Of a stretch of 64,000 nucleotides of DNA, positions 19,755-30,208 are shown one piece after another. Below the pieces are notes generated by a model. The model saw only the letters and a list, made by a program, of their open reading frames with translations, was not told the DNA's origin and did not search any database. The stretch comes from an uncultured Acidobacteriota bacterium (lineage in GTDB: Bacteria; Acidobacteriota; Vicinamibacteria; Vicinamibacterales; 2-12-FULL-66-21). The position numbers and the translations under genes were made by a program. The DNA lies in NCBI GenBank assembly GCA_963785755.1, contig CAWAXG010000075.1, positions 676,837-740,836 of the forward strand, read 5' to 3'. Each line of letters starts with the position of its first letter. The stretch's first letter is position 1.

Positions 19755-20086
19755 CCGCTTCCGCACTTTCGTTCGCGCCGGCTCGAGCCTTCGTCGCGTC
19801 GCCAAGACACCGCATCCTCGGACCGGCGGGCGGACACTGTCAAGACGAATATCGAAGCGGGCGGGCGGTAATCGCCCGGCGAGCGGAAACCGCACAACGA
19901 ACGCGTCACCGCCCGCGCACTCACAATTGCGGTGTCCGGACTGACAAATCCGCCACGTTCCCTGCCGAACGCCTTTGTAAGTACCGGTCCCCGCAGCAGT
20001 TGCTGACGCCTCCGTCCGGCGCGGGATGTGCAGGCACTGCTGAGCCACCCAGCAAATCACGGCCGTCGTGCTCCCGAGGTAAACCC

Positions 20087-22601
20087 ATGTTCCCTCGCAC
20101 TCGCCGTCTGCTCGTGGTCATCGGCGTTCTGATCGGTCAGCCCGCGCTGCACGCCTGGTCCCCGTCACTGATGGGTGACCGCGTCGAGTGGGCTGCGGCC
20201 GGCGCGGCCCAGAGCTGCTCCTACAGTCTGTCCGCCACCAGTGCCTCAGTGTCTTCGACCGGAACCACCGCCGGCTCGCTGTCGGTCGTCACCGGCACCA
20301 ACTGTTCCTGGACCTCGGTCAGCCACGACGCGTGGATCACGGTGACAGGTGGCGCGAGCGGAACGGGAATCGGTCAAGTCGCGTACAGCGTCGCCGCGAA
20401 CACGACCGGCGGCCAGCGCGTCGGCACCATGACGATCGCCGGCATGACCTACACGGTGACCCAGAGCGCGACCGGCTGCACGGTCAACCTCTCCGCGACC
20501 AGCGCCTCGGTCCCCTCGACCGGCAGCACCGCGGGCGCGTTGTCCGTCGTCACGGGCACGAGCTGTTCATGGACGGCGGTCAGCAACGCCGCCTGGATCA
20601 CCGTCACGAACGGCGCCAGCGGAACGGGAATCGGTCAGGTCGCGTACACCGTTGCGGCGAACACGACCGGCAGCCAGCGCGTCGGCACCATGACCATCGC
20701 CGGGCAGACCTTCACGGTCACCCAGAGCGGAAGCAGTTGCACGTACAGCCTCTCGGCGACGAGCGCCGCCGTGCCTTCGACCGGCAGCTCCGCCGGCGCG
20801 TTGTCCATCGTCAGCGGCACCAGCTGTTCATGGACGGCGGTCAGCAACGCCGCCTGGATCACCGTCACGAACGGCGCGAGCGGATCCGGAATCGGTCAGG
20901 TCGCGTACACCGTCGCCGCGAACACGACCGGCAGTCAGCGCGTCGGCACCATGACCATCGCCGGGCAGACCTTCACGGTCACCCAGAGCGGAGCCAGTTG
21001 CACCTACAGCCTCTCGGCGACGAGCGCCGCCGTGCCTTCGACCGGCAGCACCGCCGGCGCGTTGTCCATCGTCAGCGGCACCAGCTGTTCATGGACGGCG
21101 GTCAGCAACGCCGCCTGGATCACGGTCACAACGGCGCGAGCGGATCCGGAATCGGTCAGGTCGCGTACACCGTGGCCGCGAACACGACGGGCAGTCAGCG
21201 CGTCGGCACCATGACGATCGCCGGGCAGACCTACACGGTCACCCAGGCCGCCGCCAGTTGCACCTACAGCCTCTCGGCAACGAGCGCCTCCGTGCCTTCG
21301 ACCGGCAGCACCGCCGGCGCGTTGTCCATCGTCACGGGCACGAGCTGTTATGGACGGCCGTCAGCAACGCCGCCTGGATCACGGTCACCAACGGCGCGAG
21401 CGGATCCGGAATCGGTCAGGTCGCGTACACCGTGGCCGCGAACACGACGGGCAGTCAGCGCGTCGGCACCATGACGATCGCCGGGCAGACCTACACGGTC
21501 ACCCAGGCCGCCGCCAGTTGCACCTACAGCCTCTCGGCAACGAGCGCCTCCGTGCCTTCGACCGGCAGCACCGCGGGATCGTTGTCCGTCGTCACGGGCA
21601 CGAGCTGTTCATGGACCGCCGTCAGCAACGCCGCCTGGATCACGGTCACCAACGGCGCGAGCGGATCCGGAATCGGTCAGGTCTCGTACACCGTCGCGGC
21701 GAACACGACCAGCAGCCAGCGAGTCGGGACCATGGCGGTCGCCGGAATTGGGTTCACCGTGACCCAGGCCGCCGCCAGCTGTTCGTACAGCCTCTCCGCA
21801 ACCAGCGCCTCCGTCCCGTCGACCGGCAGCACGGCCGGAGCGGCATCCGTCGTCACGGGCACGAGCTGTTTCTGGAACGCCTTCAGCAGCGCTGCGTGGA
21901 TCACGGTGACGAGCGGCGCGAGCGGAACGGGAATCGGTCAGGTCGCGTACAGCGTTGCGGCGAATACGACCGGCGGTCAGCGCATCGGCACGATGACGAT
22001 CGCGGGGATCACGTTCACCGTTACGCAGGCCGCCGCCAGCTGCACCTACAGCCTCTCGGCAACGAGCGCCTCCGTGCCCTCGACCGGCAGCACCGCGGGC
22101 GCGTTGTCCGTGGTCACGGGCACGAGCTGTTCATGGACAGCCGTCAGCAACGCCGGCTGGATCACGGTCACCAACGGCGCGAGCGGATCCGGAATCGGTC
22201 AGGTCGCGTACACCGTAGCGGCGAATACGACGAGCAGTCAGCGGGTCGGCACCATGACGATCGCCGGGCAGACCTTCACAGTCACCCAGAGTGGAAGCAG
22301 TTGCACGTATAGCCTCTCGGCGACGAGCGCCTCGGTGCCGTCGACCGGCAGCACCGCGGGCGCGCTGTCCGTCGTCACCGGCACGAGCTGTTCGTGGACC
22401 GCGGTCAGCAACGCCGCCTGGATCACGGTCACCAACGGCGCGAGCGGATCCGGAATCGGTCAGGTCGCGTACACCGTAGCGGCGAATACGACGAGCAGTC
22501 AGCGGGTCGGCACCATGACGATCGCCGGGCAGACCTTCACAGTCACCCAGGCCGGCTCGACAACACTCAGCGCGCCGACGGGCCTTCGCGTCGTCAAGTG
22601 A
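20087..22601 (+). pseudogene. Secreted protein of nine tandem BACON-like domains; two 1-nt deletions as assembled
   Basis: ATG 20087 gives signal MFPRTRRLLVVIGVLIGQPALHA. The repeat unit is ~87 aa: SC(T/S)YSLSATSA.VPSTGS.AG.LS.V.GTSCSWTAVSNAAWITVTNGASG.GIGQVAYTVAANTT.SQRVGTMTIAGQTFTVTQ. The frame changes at 21129 (caccaacgg read as cacaacgg) and 21349 (ctgttcatgg read as ctgttatgg), splitting it into ORFs 20000..21214, 20188..21474 and 21258..22601. Confidence 0.75.
20213..22550 (+). repeat. 9 x ~261-bp tandem coding repeat
   Basis: The period is visible directly (e.g. 20741 vs 21001). Runs of about 180 nt are identical between units (21131-21314 vs 21391-21574). Confidence 0.9.
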
Positions 22602-22625
22602 CACTTGGAGAGAGTGCTGACGCAT

Positions 22626-22644
22626 TGGAGGTTGGAAGTTAACG
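22626..22644. repeat. Family A half-element, copy A3 (solo G-rich arm)
   Basis: ttggaggttggaagttaac sits in the 43-bp convergent gap. No complementary CCAAC arm nearby. Confidence 0.5.
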
Positions 22645-23530
22645 CTACGCCAAACCAAAAAGCTTCAGCGCGTTCTCTTTGAGAATCAGCGGCCGCACTT
22701 CGTCTTTGATCGCGATCTTCTCGAAGTCCGCCAGCCATCGATCCGGCGTGATCCACGGATAGTCCGAGCCGAACAGCACCTTGTGCCTGAGCAGTGAGTT
22801 GGCGTATTGCACGAGCGCCGGCGGAAAGTACTTGGGCGACCACCCGGACAGATCGATGTAGACGGTCGGCTTGTGCAGGCAGATCGAAATGGCTTCGTCC
22901 TGCCATGGGAACGACGGGTGCGCCATGATGATTGGCAGCTCGGGAAAATCGACAGCCACGTCATCGATGGGCATCGGGTTTCCGGTACTTGAGACGAATG
23001 CCGGCGCCGCCGGGTACACCGGTGCCGATCCCGCTGTGCCCGGTATGAAACAGAACCGGAAGCTTCGCCTCGGCGAACACCTCGTAGAGCGGGTAGGCGA
23101 TCGGGTCGTTCGGGAAGAACTGCTGGGCGGGCGGATGCAGTTTGAGGCCGTGGACGAGACCCGTCGCAATCAGCCGCTTCGCCTCCCGAACGGCCTCAGG
23201 GCCGCGTGTGGGATCGAGGCTGACGAACGCCAGGGCGATGTCCGCGTTGTCCGCGGCGAAGCGGAGAACCTCGTCGTTCGAGACCTGCCGGCGGCCGGAA
23301 AGCCGCTCGTCCACTGTGAACACTACAAACGCGATCCGGCGCGAACGGTAGTACTCCGCGAGGGCCGCCGGATTTCGCGGGGCGCCGCTGTCCCCGAAGG
23401 ACTTGCGCGCCGCGGCGTCGGCCACCGAGGCCTCCTCGACCTCGAGGTGCACGTGCACGTCGAATCCAGCCAGCTGCGTTTGATCAATCCCGGAACGTCG
23501 TTCCACGTGACTGTTGTCCTTCCCCGACAT
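22645..23530 (-). pseudogene. Amidohydrolase_2 family (ACMSD/LigW-type) metal-dependent hydrolase/decarboxylase; one frameshift as assembled
   Basis: The N-half (FDVHVHLE...VLFHTGHSG...GIRLKY) is in ORF 22961..23560 and the C-half (GNPMPIDDVAVDFPELPIIMAHP...LFGSDYPW) in ORF 22645..23169. The junction is at taccggaaaccc near 22980-22986. Start is ATG 23530 or GTG 23506, overlapping the upstream gene end. Confidence 0.7.
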
Positions 23531-25304
23531 CGATAACGGTTTCCGGCCGTGTGGTCGCATACAGGGCGTCGACCAGCGTCGCGCGATTCACCAGCACGGC
23601 ATTCTGGTTGACGGAGCCCTTTTCGGTGACTTCGTGCGCATCGATAGCGGGCGGCGCCTCGAGGATTACGGCGCGCCTGATCGACGTGGAGCTTCCGGGA
23701 AACATCGCCGCGAACGTCTCGAGCAGTTGCCGGATCTGCTCGTCGAATCGGACCGGCCCCAGCCCGCGACGCGTCTCGACGTTCGGGAAGATCAGCGCGG
23801 CCACGAACTCCCGATCGTGGCCCGCGATCACCACGTCGTGCACGACCGGGCCGCAATGCGCGAGGAACGCAATGCGAAGCGGCCCCACCCGTACCCACGT
23901 ACCGGTCGCCAGCTTGAAGTCCTCGGACAATCGCCCTTCGAAGGCGAATCCGCGGGAAGGGTCGTTCGCGTCGACGAAGCCGAGCGCATCGCCGAGCCGG
24001 TAGTATCCCTCCTCGTCGAATGCCGCGCGCGTCATTTCAGGATCCCGCCAGTATCCAGGGGTGATCGTGGGACCGCGCAGGCGCCCTTCGAGGTGCCGTC
24101 CCACCGGTGCCAGCTTGAGCTCCACGCCGGGGACCGGCACACCGATCCGGCCTCCCGTGAAATCCGCGTCGCCGGCACAGAGCGCAAAGGGTGCGCTCTC
24201 CGTTGCACCGAGGCCGGTCACGAGCGGAATCCTGCTCCCTCGTGCCTCGCGCGCCACGGCGTCGAGATCGTCCGCCACCTGCTGCCGCAGCGCCGCCGCA
24301 GCGCAGAAGAGCATCCGCAACCGGCTGAAGAACCGCGTGCGAAGCGCCGCATTCGAGCGAAGCCGCGGCACGAGCAGATCGTAGCCACGCGGCACGTTGA
24401 AGTACGCCGTGGCAGCGATGTCGCTGAGATTCGCCACGGTCGTCTCGAACCCCTCGGCCGTGGGCTTGCCATCGTCGATGTAAAGCGTTCCGCCGTTGTA
24501 CAGGACGATGCCGAAGTTGTGGTTGCCGCCGAAGGTGTGATTCCAGGGCAGCCAGTCGCACAGGACGGGCGGACTCTCGACGAGGATTGGCAGGACCGTC
24601 CGGATCATTTCCTGGTTCGCGCAGAGCATCCGCTGCGTGTTGATCACGCCCTTGGGCCTCCCGGTCGATCCCGACGTATAGAGGATCTTGGCGATCGTGT
24701 CTCCGCTGACACGGCGGTGCGCGTCGTCCACCGCGTCCGTGGGGTCAACCGACGTCAACTCGTCGAAGGACGTGGTGCCTGAGAGCGACCCGGAACAGGT
24801 CACGACTTCGACGCCGCGGCCATCCATGTTGGACAGCGCACGCTGGTAGCACTCGCCCTCCGCCGCGAACACAAGCCCGGGACGGAGCGCGGACCACACG
24901 GCTTTCAGCGTCGTGTACTCGCGGGCGATGAGCGAGTAGGCCGGCGCAACGGGGACGTACATCACTCCCGCATACATCGCGCCGAGCGCGAGCAGACCAT
25001 GCTCGATGCTGTTGCCTGACAGTATGACGACCGGACGGTCGGCGGAGAGCTTCCGGTCGATGAGCGACTGCGCGATTGCGCGGACACGCCTCAGCGTCTC
25101 CGCGTACGACACGCTGCGCCACGCTCCCTGGGCGTCGCGGCGCGCGAGAAACGCACGGTCAGGCTCCTCTGCTGCCCAGGATTCCAACCGCTCAGTGATC
25201 CTGCCGGGATACGCGCCGAGCGGATGCGGCGACCGCGCGTAGACAACACCGCCCGGGGCGCGGTCGATCAGCGTTACAGGTGACAGGATTCGGGATCGTT
25301 CCAT
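23484..25304 (-). CDS. AMP-dependent acyl-CoA synthetase, feruloyl-CoA-synthetase-like
   Basis: 606 aa. AMP-binding motif YTSGSTGRPKGV. Length and N-terminal region resemble the hydroxycinnamate/feruloyl-CoA ligase type. Substrate not established. Confidence 0.7.
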   Translation of the reverse strand: MERSRILSPVTLIDRAPGGVVYARSPHPLGAYPGRITERLESWAAEEPDRAFLARRDAQGAWRSVSYAETLRRVRAIAQSLIDRKLSADRPVVILSGNSIEHGLLALGAMYAGVMYVPVAPAYSLIAREYTTLKAVWSALRPGLVFAAEGECYQRALSNMDGRGVEVVTCSGSLSGTTSFDELTSVDPTDAVDDAHRRVSGDTIAKILYTSGSTGRPKGVINTQRMLCANQEMIRTVLPILVESPPVLCDWLPWNHTFGGNHNFGIVLYNGGTLYIDDGKPTAEGFETTVANLSDIAATAYFNVPRGYDLLVPRLRSNAALRTRFFSRLRMLFCAAAALRQQVADDLDAVAREARGSRIPLVTGLGATESAPFALCAGDADFTGGRIGVPVPGVELKLAPVGRHLEGRLRGPTITPGYWRDPEMTRAAFDEEGYYRLGDALGFVDANDPSRGFAFEGRLSEDFKLATGTWVRVGPLRIAFLAHCGPVVHDVVIAGHDREFVAALIFPNVETRRGLGPVRFDEQIRQLLETFAAMFPGSSTSIRRAVILEAPPAIDAHEVTEKGSVNQNAVLVNRATLVDALYATTRPETVIDVGEGQQSRGTTFRD

Positions 25305-25318
25305 CGAGATCTGATGCG

Positions 25319-25554
25319 CGTCGGTTCAAATGTTCAAGGGTTCAGGAGTTCAGAGGTTCGGGTTCAGGGATTCAACAGTTCGGGTTCAACAGTTCGAGCG
25401 TTCAAGGTTCAGCGATCTCGCCGCTGATCTCTCGAATCTTGGACATCTGAACCTGAACCCCTGAACCCCGAAGCCTTGAACCTGAACATCTGACCCCCCG
25501 AACCCTTGAACCCGAACCTCTGAACCCTTGAACTCTTGAACCATTGAACCGACG
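25319..25554. repeat. Family B simple-word palindrome, copy B2
   Basis: CGTCGGTTCA + ~12 GTTCR words (25319-25411), a 34-nt loop, ~13 TGAAC words, then TGAACCGACG (25446-25554). The outer ~45 nt of the arms are well complementary. Fills the gap between the FadB-like stop (25569) and the ligase start (25304). Confidence 0.9.
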
Positions 25555-25568
25555 AAAGCGGCGCGAGA

Positions 25569-27689
25569 TCACCGTCGCCGATCGTGATCCCTGAACGTCC
25601 CCCCGGCCGCGGCCAACCGCGACAAGAGCGGCGCGGGCGACCACCGTTCCCCGTGCTCGCGATGAAACGCGGCGACTCGTTCGTGGATCACCGGCAGGCC
25701 GACGAGGTCGGCGTGGAACATCGGACCGCCGCGCCACGCTGGAAAGCCATAGCCGTTGGCGTAGATGACGTCGATGTCCGATGCCCGGCCCGCGGACCCG
25801 TCCTCGACGATTCGCGCGCCTTCGTTGACCAGCGCATAGATGCAGCGTTCGACGATCTCCCGATCGGTGAACGTCCGCTGCGGAATGCCGGCCTCCCTCG
25901 CGGTTGCCTTGATCAAGTCGTTCACGATCGGGTCGGGTGAAGGCTTGCGGTTCTCATCGTAGCGATACCAGCCGCTGCCGCTCTTCTGCCCGACTCGGCC
26001 AAGCTCGTAGAGCTTGTCGGCAACCAGCGGCCTGCGGCCACTTCCGTCGCGAAAGTGACCGAGCTCCTGACGCACGCGCCACGCGACATCGATGCCGGCC
26101 ATGTCATCGACCGCGAAAATGCCCATCGCCATCCCGAAATCGGTGAGCGCCCGGTCCACCTGTTCGGGCGTCGCGCCCTCTTCGACCAGGAACTGCGCTT
26201 CGTACATGTAGGGGAACATCATGCGGTTGCCGACGAACCCGCGGCAGTTCGCCACCACCACCCCGACCTTCCCCAGCCGCCTGGCGAACGCGAGACCGGT
26301 CGCGAGCACGTCTGCCTGGGTTGCCTGCCCGCGCACGATCTCGAGCAGCCGCATCACGTGGGCGGGACTGAAAAAGTGGAGGCCGATGACCTGTCCGGGA
26401 CGCGAGGTCGCGCCCGCGATCGCGTCGATGTCGAGCGTCGAGGTGTTCGTCGCGAGCACGGCGGACGGCCTGGCCACGCCATCGAGCTCACGAAAAATCT
26501 GCTTCTTCAGCTCGAGGCTCTCGAAGACCGCTTCGACAATCAGATCGGCGGCGCTGAAGCCGTCGTAGGACAGCGATGGTTGGATGCGTGCGAGCCGGTC
26601 AGCGACGTCTTCCCGTGTCAGCCGGCCGCGGCTGATCGACGATTCGTAGTTGCGCTGAATCGTCCCGATACCCGCATCGAGGGCAGCCTGCGAGCCTTCC
26701 TTGATGGTGACCTGAAGCCCCGCGTTCGCGCACGCGATGGCGATGCCGCCTCCCATCGTGCCGGCGCCGACGACGGCCACCCGGGAGATCGGCCGCGGCG
26801 CGGCGTCCTTCGGAAGATCCCGCACTTTCGAGACGGCCCGCTCCGCGAAGAACAGATGAATCAGGGCCTTCGCCTGGTCCGTCTCGACGCACTCGAAGAA
26901 CAGCTCGCGTTCGCGGCGGCAGCCGTCGGCAAAGGACATCGTGGTTGCTGCGTCGATGGCGTCGATCGCCTTCAAGGGCGCTGTTTGACGACGGCGGACT
27001 TTCGCGGCGAGCTCGCGGGCGGCGGCAAACAACGGGGCATTCTCCGCTGGAGACCCGAGCCGGTCGGATTTCGCGCTGGTCCTCCGTCCGCTCGTGCCGC
27101 TGGCCGCGACCTCGCGGGCGAAGCTGATCGACTCGGCCACGAGATCGCCTTCGATCACCGCGTCGATGAGACCGGCCGCAACCGCGTCACGGCCTTTGAG
27201 CGGCCGGCCCGTCACGCACATGTCGAGGGCCTTCGCGACGCCGACCAGCCGCGGGAGCCGCTGTGTGCCTTCCGCGCCGGGAATGATCCCGAGGTTCACC
27301 TCGGGCTGGCCAATCAGCGCGTCGGCGACGGCGACGCGATAGTGCCCCGCCATCGCGAGCTCGAGCCCGCCGCCGAGCGCCGTGCCATGGATCGCCATGA
27401 CGATCGGCTTGCGGCAGTCCTCGATCCGGGCGAGGAGGTCGTGAAGGTCGGCGGCCGCAGCGCGATTGCCCCACGCCGCCGCCTCCAGGCTGGCGATATC
27501 GGCGCCCGCGACGAACGTCTTTCCCGCGCCCTTGAGCACGATCGCGCGAACCGACACGTCCTGCTCCGCTGCCGCGAGCGCCTCGACGATGGCGTCGGGC
27601 ACGCCGGGGCTGAGCGCATTGACCGGAGGATTGTCGATTTCGAGGAGCCGCACACCGTCGTGTGCACTGACCTGTACGAGGTTCGTCAT
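25569..27689 (-). CDS. Bifunctional enoyl-CoA hydratase / 3-hydroxyacyl-CoA dehydrogenase (FadB/FadJ-like)
   Basis: 706 aa from ATG 27689 (ATGA overlap with the upstream stop). N-terminal crotonase fold (NPPVNAL...GGGLELAMA) and a central NAD-binding VVGAGTMGGGIA. Confidence 0.85.
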   Translation of the reverse strand: MTNLVQVSAHDGVRLLEIDNPPVNALSPGVPDAIVEALAAAEQDVSVRAIVLKGAGKTFVAGADIASLEAAAWGNRAAAADLHDLLARIEDCRKPIVMAIHGTALGGGLELAMAGHYRVAVADALIGQPEVNLGIIPGAEGTQRLPRLVGVAKALDMCVTGRPLKGRDAVAAGLIDAVIEGDLVAESISFAREVAASGTSGRRTSAKSDRLGSPAENAPLFAAARELAAKVRRRQTAPLKAIDAIDAATTMSFADGCRRERELFFECVETDQAKALIHLFFAERAVSKVRDLPKDAAPRPISRVAVVGAGTMGGGIAIACANAGLQVTIKEGSQAALDAGIGTIQRNYESSISRGRLTREDVADRLARIQPSLSYDGFSAADLIVEAVFESLELKKQIFRELDGVARPSAVLATNTSTLDIDAIAGATSRPGQVIGLHFFSPAHVMRLLEIVRGQATQADVLATGLAFARRLGKVGVVVANCRGFVGNRMMFPYMYEAQFLVEEGATPEQVDRALTDFGMAMGIFAVDDMAGIDVAWRVRQELGHFRDGSGRRPLVADKLYELGRVGQKSGSGWYRYDENRKPSPDPIVNDLIKATAREAGIPQRTFTDREIVERCIYALVNEGARIVEDGSAGRASDIDVIYANGYGFPAWRGGPMFHADLVGLPVIHERVAAFHREHGERWSPAPLLSRLAAAGGTFRDHDRRR

Positions 27690-28843
27690 TCGCGTGTTCT
27701 GTCGAGCTCTTCCGCCGCGATGTGAAATGCGGTGTTCGCCGCCGGCACTCCGGCGTAGACCGCCAGCTGCAGCAGCACCTCTTGCAGGTCGCACTGTTCG
27801 AGCTCGTGCGTCAGGCCTGTCCGGACGTGCAGCCGGAATTCCTCCCAGCGCCCGAGCGCGGCGGTCGTCGTGAGCACGAGAAGACGGCGCGTTCGATGAT
27901 CGAGGCCCGGCCGCGCCCAGATCGTTCCCCAGGGAAACCGGGTGATCAGCTCCTGGAAGTCTCTGGTGAGGTCCGTCGCGGCGGCCGTGCTGGCGTCCAC
28001 GTGCGCGTCACCGAGTACGGCTCGCCGAACTGCCATGCCGGTCTCGATCGAGCCGTCAGCAGGCTTGATGAGGAAATCGAGCACCGTGGCAGCGAACGTT
28101 CGCGGCCGTTCGATGTTCGAGAGATGCGCCGTCTGCAGCCGCAGTGCTTTCGCCCCGGCAATCGACTCCATCAGCCGCTCGCTGTGCGGACTCCAGGGTG
28201 TGGACACGTCACGATCGCCGCCGATGACGAGCGTGGGAGCGCGGATGGATCGGATCGTTGCGGTCTGGTCCATATCGCGAATCGCGGCGCAGCAGCCGGC
28301 GTAGCCGATCGGATCGGTGGCCAGGAACGTGCGCCGGATCGAGCCCACAATCGGCGCCGTCGGCTGGAGCACCGCCGGCGAAAAGAACCGCCCCATCACC
28401 ATCTCGACGACGGCGGCCATGCCACCGTCGAGCACCGCGCGGCGGCGATTCTCCATGGCCGCCGGGTCGGTCAGCCGCGGCGACGTGTTCGCGAGGACCA
28501 GCTGCGTGATCCGATCCGGCGCGCGGACGGCCAGCCATTGACCGATCATGCCGCCGAGCGACAGGCCGCAGAACGCGAACGTCGCCGCGCCCGCCGCATC
28601 CGCGACGGCGAGTGCATCATTCGCCAGCTGTTCGATCGAGTAGTCTCCGGGCGTCGCAGACGAGGCGCCATGTCCGCGGGTGTCGAAGCGCAGGATGCGG
28701 AAATGCGGCAGCCAGTCGGCGATCTGCGGATCCCACATCCCATGATCGAGCCCGAGGGAATGCGACAACATCAACGCCGGACGGCCTTCCGCGCCATCGT
28801 CGCGGTAATACAGCCGCGCGCCGTTGGACTCGACGAACGCCAT
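27686..28843 (-). CDS. pcaL: Fused 3-oxoadipate enol-lactonase / 4-carboxymuconolactone decarboxylase
   Basis: 385 aa from ATG 28843. The alpha/beta-hydrolase part has nucleophile elbow GLSLGG. The C-terminal ~120 aa is a carboxymuconolactone decarboxylase (AhpD-like) domain. The start shares a base with the pcaB stop. Confidence 0.85.
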   Translation of the reverse strand: MAFVESNGARLYYRDDGAEGRPALMLSHSLGLDHGMWDPQIADWLPHFRILRFDTRGHGASSATPGDYSIEQLANDALAVADAAGAATFAFCGLSLGGMIGQWLAVRAPDRITQLVLANTSPRLTDPAAMENRRRAVLDGGMAAVVEMVMGRFFSPAVLQPTAPIVGSIRRTFLATDPIGYAGCCAAIRDMDQTATIRSIRAPTLVIGGDRDVSTPWSPHSERLMESIAGAKALRLQTAHLSNIERPRTFAATVLDFLIKPADGSIETGMAVRRAVLGDAHVDASTAAATDLTRDFQELITRFPWGTIWARPGLDHRTRRLLVLTTTAALGRWEEFRLHVRTGLTHELEQCDLQEVLLQLAVYAGVPAANTAFHIAAEELDRTRE

Positions 28844-30204
28844 CACGACCCCTCGCTGCCTGGAGCCGCGGATTCGGCGAGCAGTTGCCGGCGCAACGCC
28901 TCCGACTCTCCCAGATACTGCTCCGGCCGATCGACGCCTTCCAATGCCCTGGCTATCACCGCGTTCGTCAGCTCGGGCATCGCCCGCAGCACGTCGTGGA
29001 ACGAACGGTCCGACTCCTGGCTCCGCCGCACGGCCTCGGTGACGAGTCGCCGGGCGATGGCCGGCCCGACGTGAGGTCCGAGCGCGACGACCGCACGTTC
29101 CGCGAAGATGACCCCGGCCGTCGCGTCCAGATTCGCCTGCATCCTCGACGTGTTGACGCTCAGCCCCTCGAGGGCAGCCGCCACCGCGGCAGCCGCCGAT
29201 CCGGTGGTCTGCACGATCGACGCGATCGTTGGCCATTCCGCCTGGCTCCCGCCGACCGAACGCTCGTGCTCCTGCACCATCCCGGTGAGGAAGGCGGCCA
29301 CCAGACCCGGCATCCGCGTCGCCGCCGCGATCGCCACTGCCGAGCCCGCGGGGTTGCGCTTGTGCGGCATGCTCGAGGATCCCCCACCGCGTTCCGCAAC
29401 CTCACCGACCTCGGCCTGCATCAGCAGCGAAACGTCGCGCGCGATCTTGCCGAGCACCGCGGTGTACAACCCCATCGCCGCGATCGCCCCGCCCAGACGA
29501 TCCCGATCGGTGTGCCAGGGTGGCGCGGGACCAAGATCCAGCTCGGTCGCGAGCTCCATCGCGACAATGGCCGCGCGATCGCCGAACGCCGCCCTGGTCC
29601 CCGCCGCTCCCCCGAACTCGAGGACGAGCGCCGCGTGCCAGGCCGCCGACAGGCGCGACCACGATCGACTCAACGCCGCGCACCAGCCGGCGGCCTTCAG
29701 GCCAAAGGTGATCGGGGTGGCGGGCTGCAGGAGCGTGCGTCCCAGCATCACGGTCGAGGCATGCGCCTCCGAGAGCGTCCGCAGGGCGCGATCGATTCGG
29801 GCATGATCCGCCGCGAGCAGCGACTTCGCCCGCTTGAGGAGCAGTACCATCGCCGTGTCGGCGACATCCTGGCTGGTGGCCCCCCAGTGGACGTACTGCG
29901 CGCTCTCCGGATCGATTGCGCGGACTCGCTCGGTCAGCGCGCCCACGAGCGGAATCACCGGCGTGGCCGACTGGCGTGCCTCGCGGGCGATGGCGGCCAC
30001 GTCGAAGCGCTTCGCCTCGGCGGCCGCGGCGATGGCTTCCGCGACGGCCTCCGGAACGATGTCCGCGCGCGCGGCGGCGCGCGCCAGCGCCACCTCGAAA
30101 TCGAGCATGGCCTGCAGCACCGACTGGTTCGAGAAGACTTCGGCGAGCGAATCGGTCGTGGCGAGGCACTCGATCAGCCGCACGCTGCTCATGTTCTCGG
30201 CCAT
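28843..30204 (-). CDS. pcaB: 3-carboxy-cis,cis-muconate cycloisomerase
   Basis: 453 aa from ATG 30204. Fumarate-lyase superfamily signature GSSSMPHKRNP. Sits between pcaG and pcaL. Confidence 0.85.
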   Translation of the reverse strand: MAENMSSVRLIECLATTDSLAEVFSNQSVLQAMLDFEVALARAAARADIVPEAVAEAIAAAAEAKRFDVAAIAREARQSATPVIPLVGALTERVRAIDPESAQYVHWGATSQDVADTAMVLLLKRAKSLLAADHARIDRALRTLSEAHASTVMLGRTLLQPATPITFGLKAAGWCAALSRSWSRLSAAWHAALVLEFGGAAGTRAAFGDRAAIVAMELATELDLGPAPPWHTDRDRLGGAIAAMGLYTAVLGKIARDVSLLMQAEVGEVAERGGGSSSMPHKRNPAGSAVAIAAATRMPGLVAAFLTGMVQEHERSVGGSQAEWPTIASIVQTTGSAAAAVAAALEGLSVNTSRMQANLDATAGVIFAERAVVALGPHVGPAIARRLVTEAVRRSQESDRSFHDVLRAMPELTNAVIARALEGVDRPEQYLGESEALRRQLLAESAAPGSEGS

Positions 30205-30208
30205 CGCA

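Noticed and set aside
25319-25554. The word arrays (families A-D) considered as CRISPR arrays.
   Set aside because: The units are 6-9 nt degenerate words with no constant 25-40-nt repeat or unique spacers. No cas genes are in the window.
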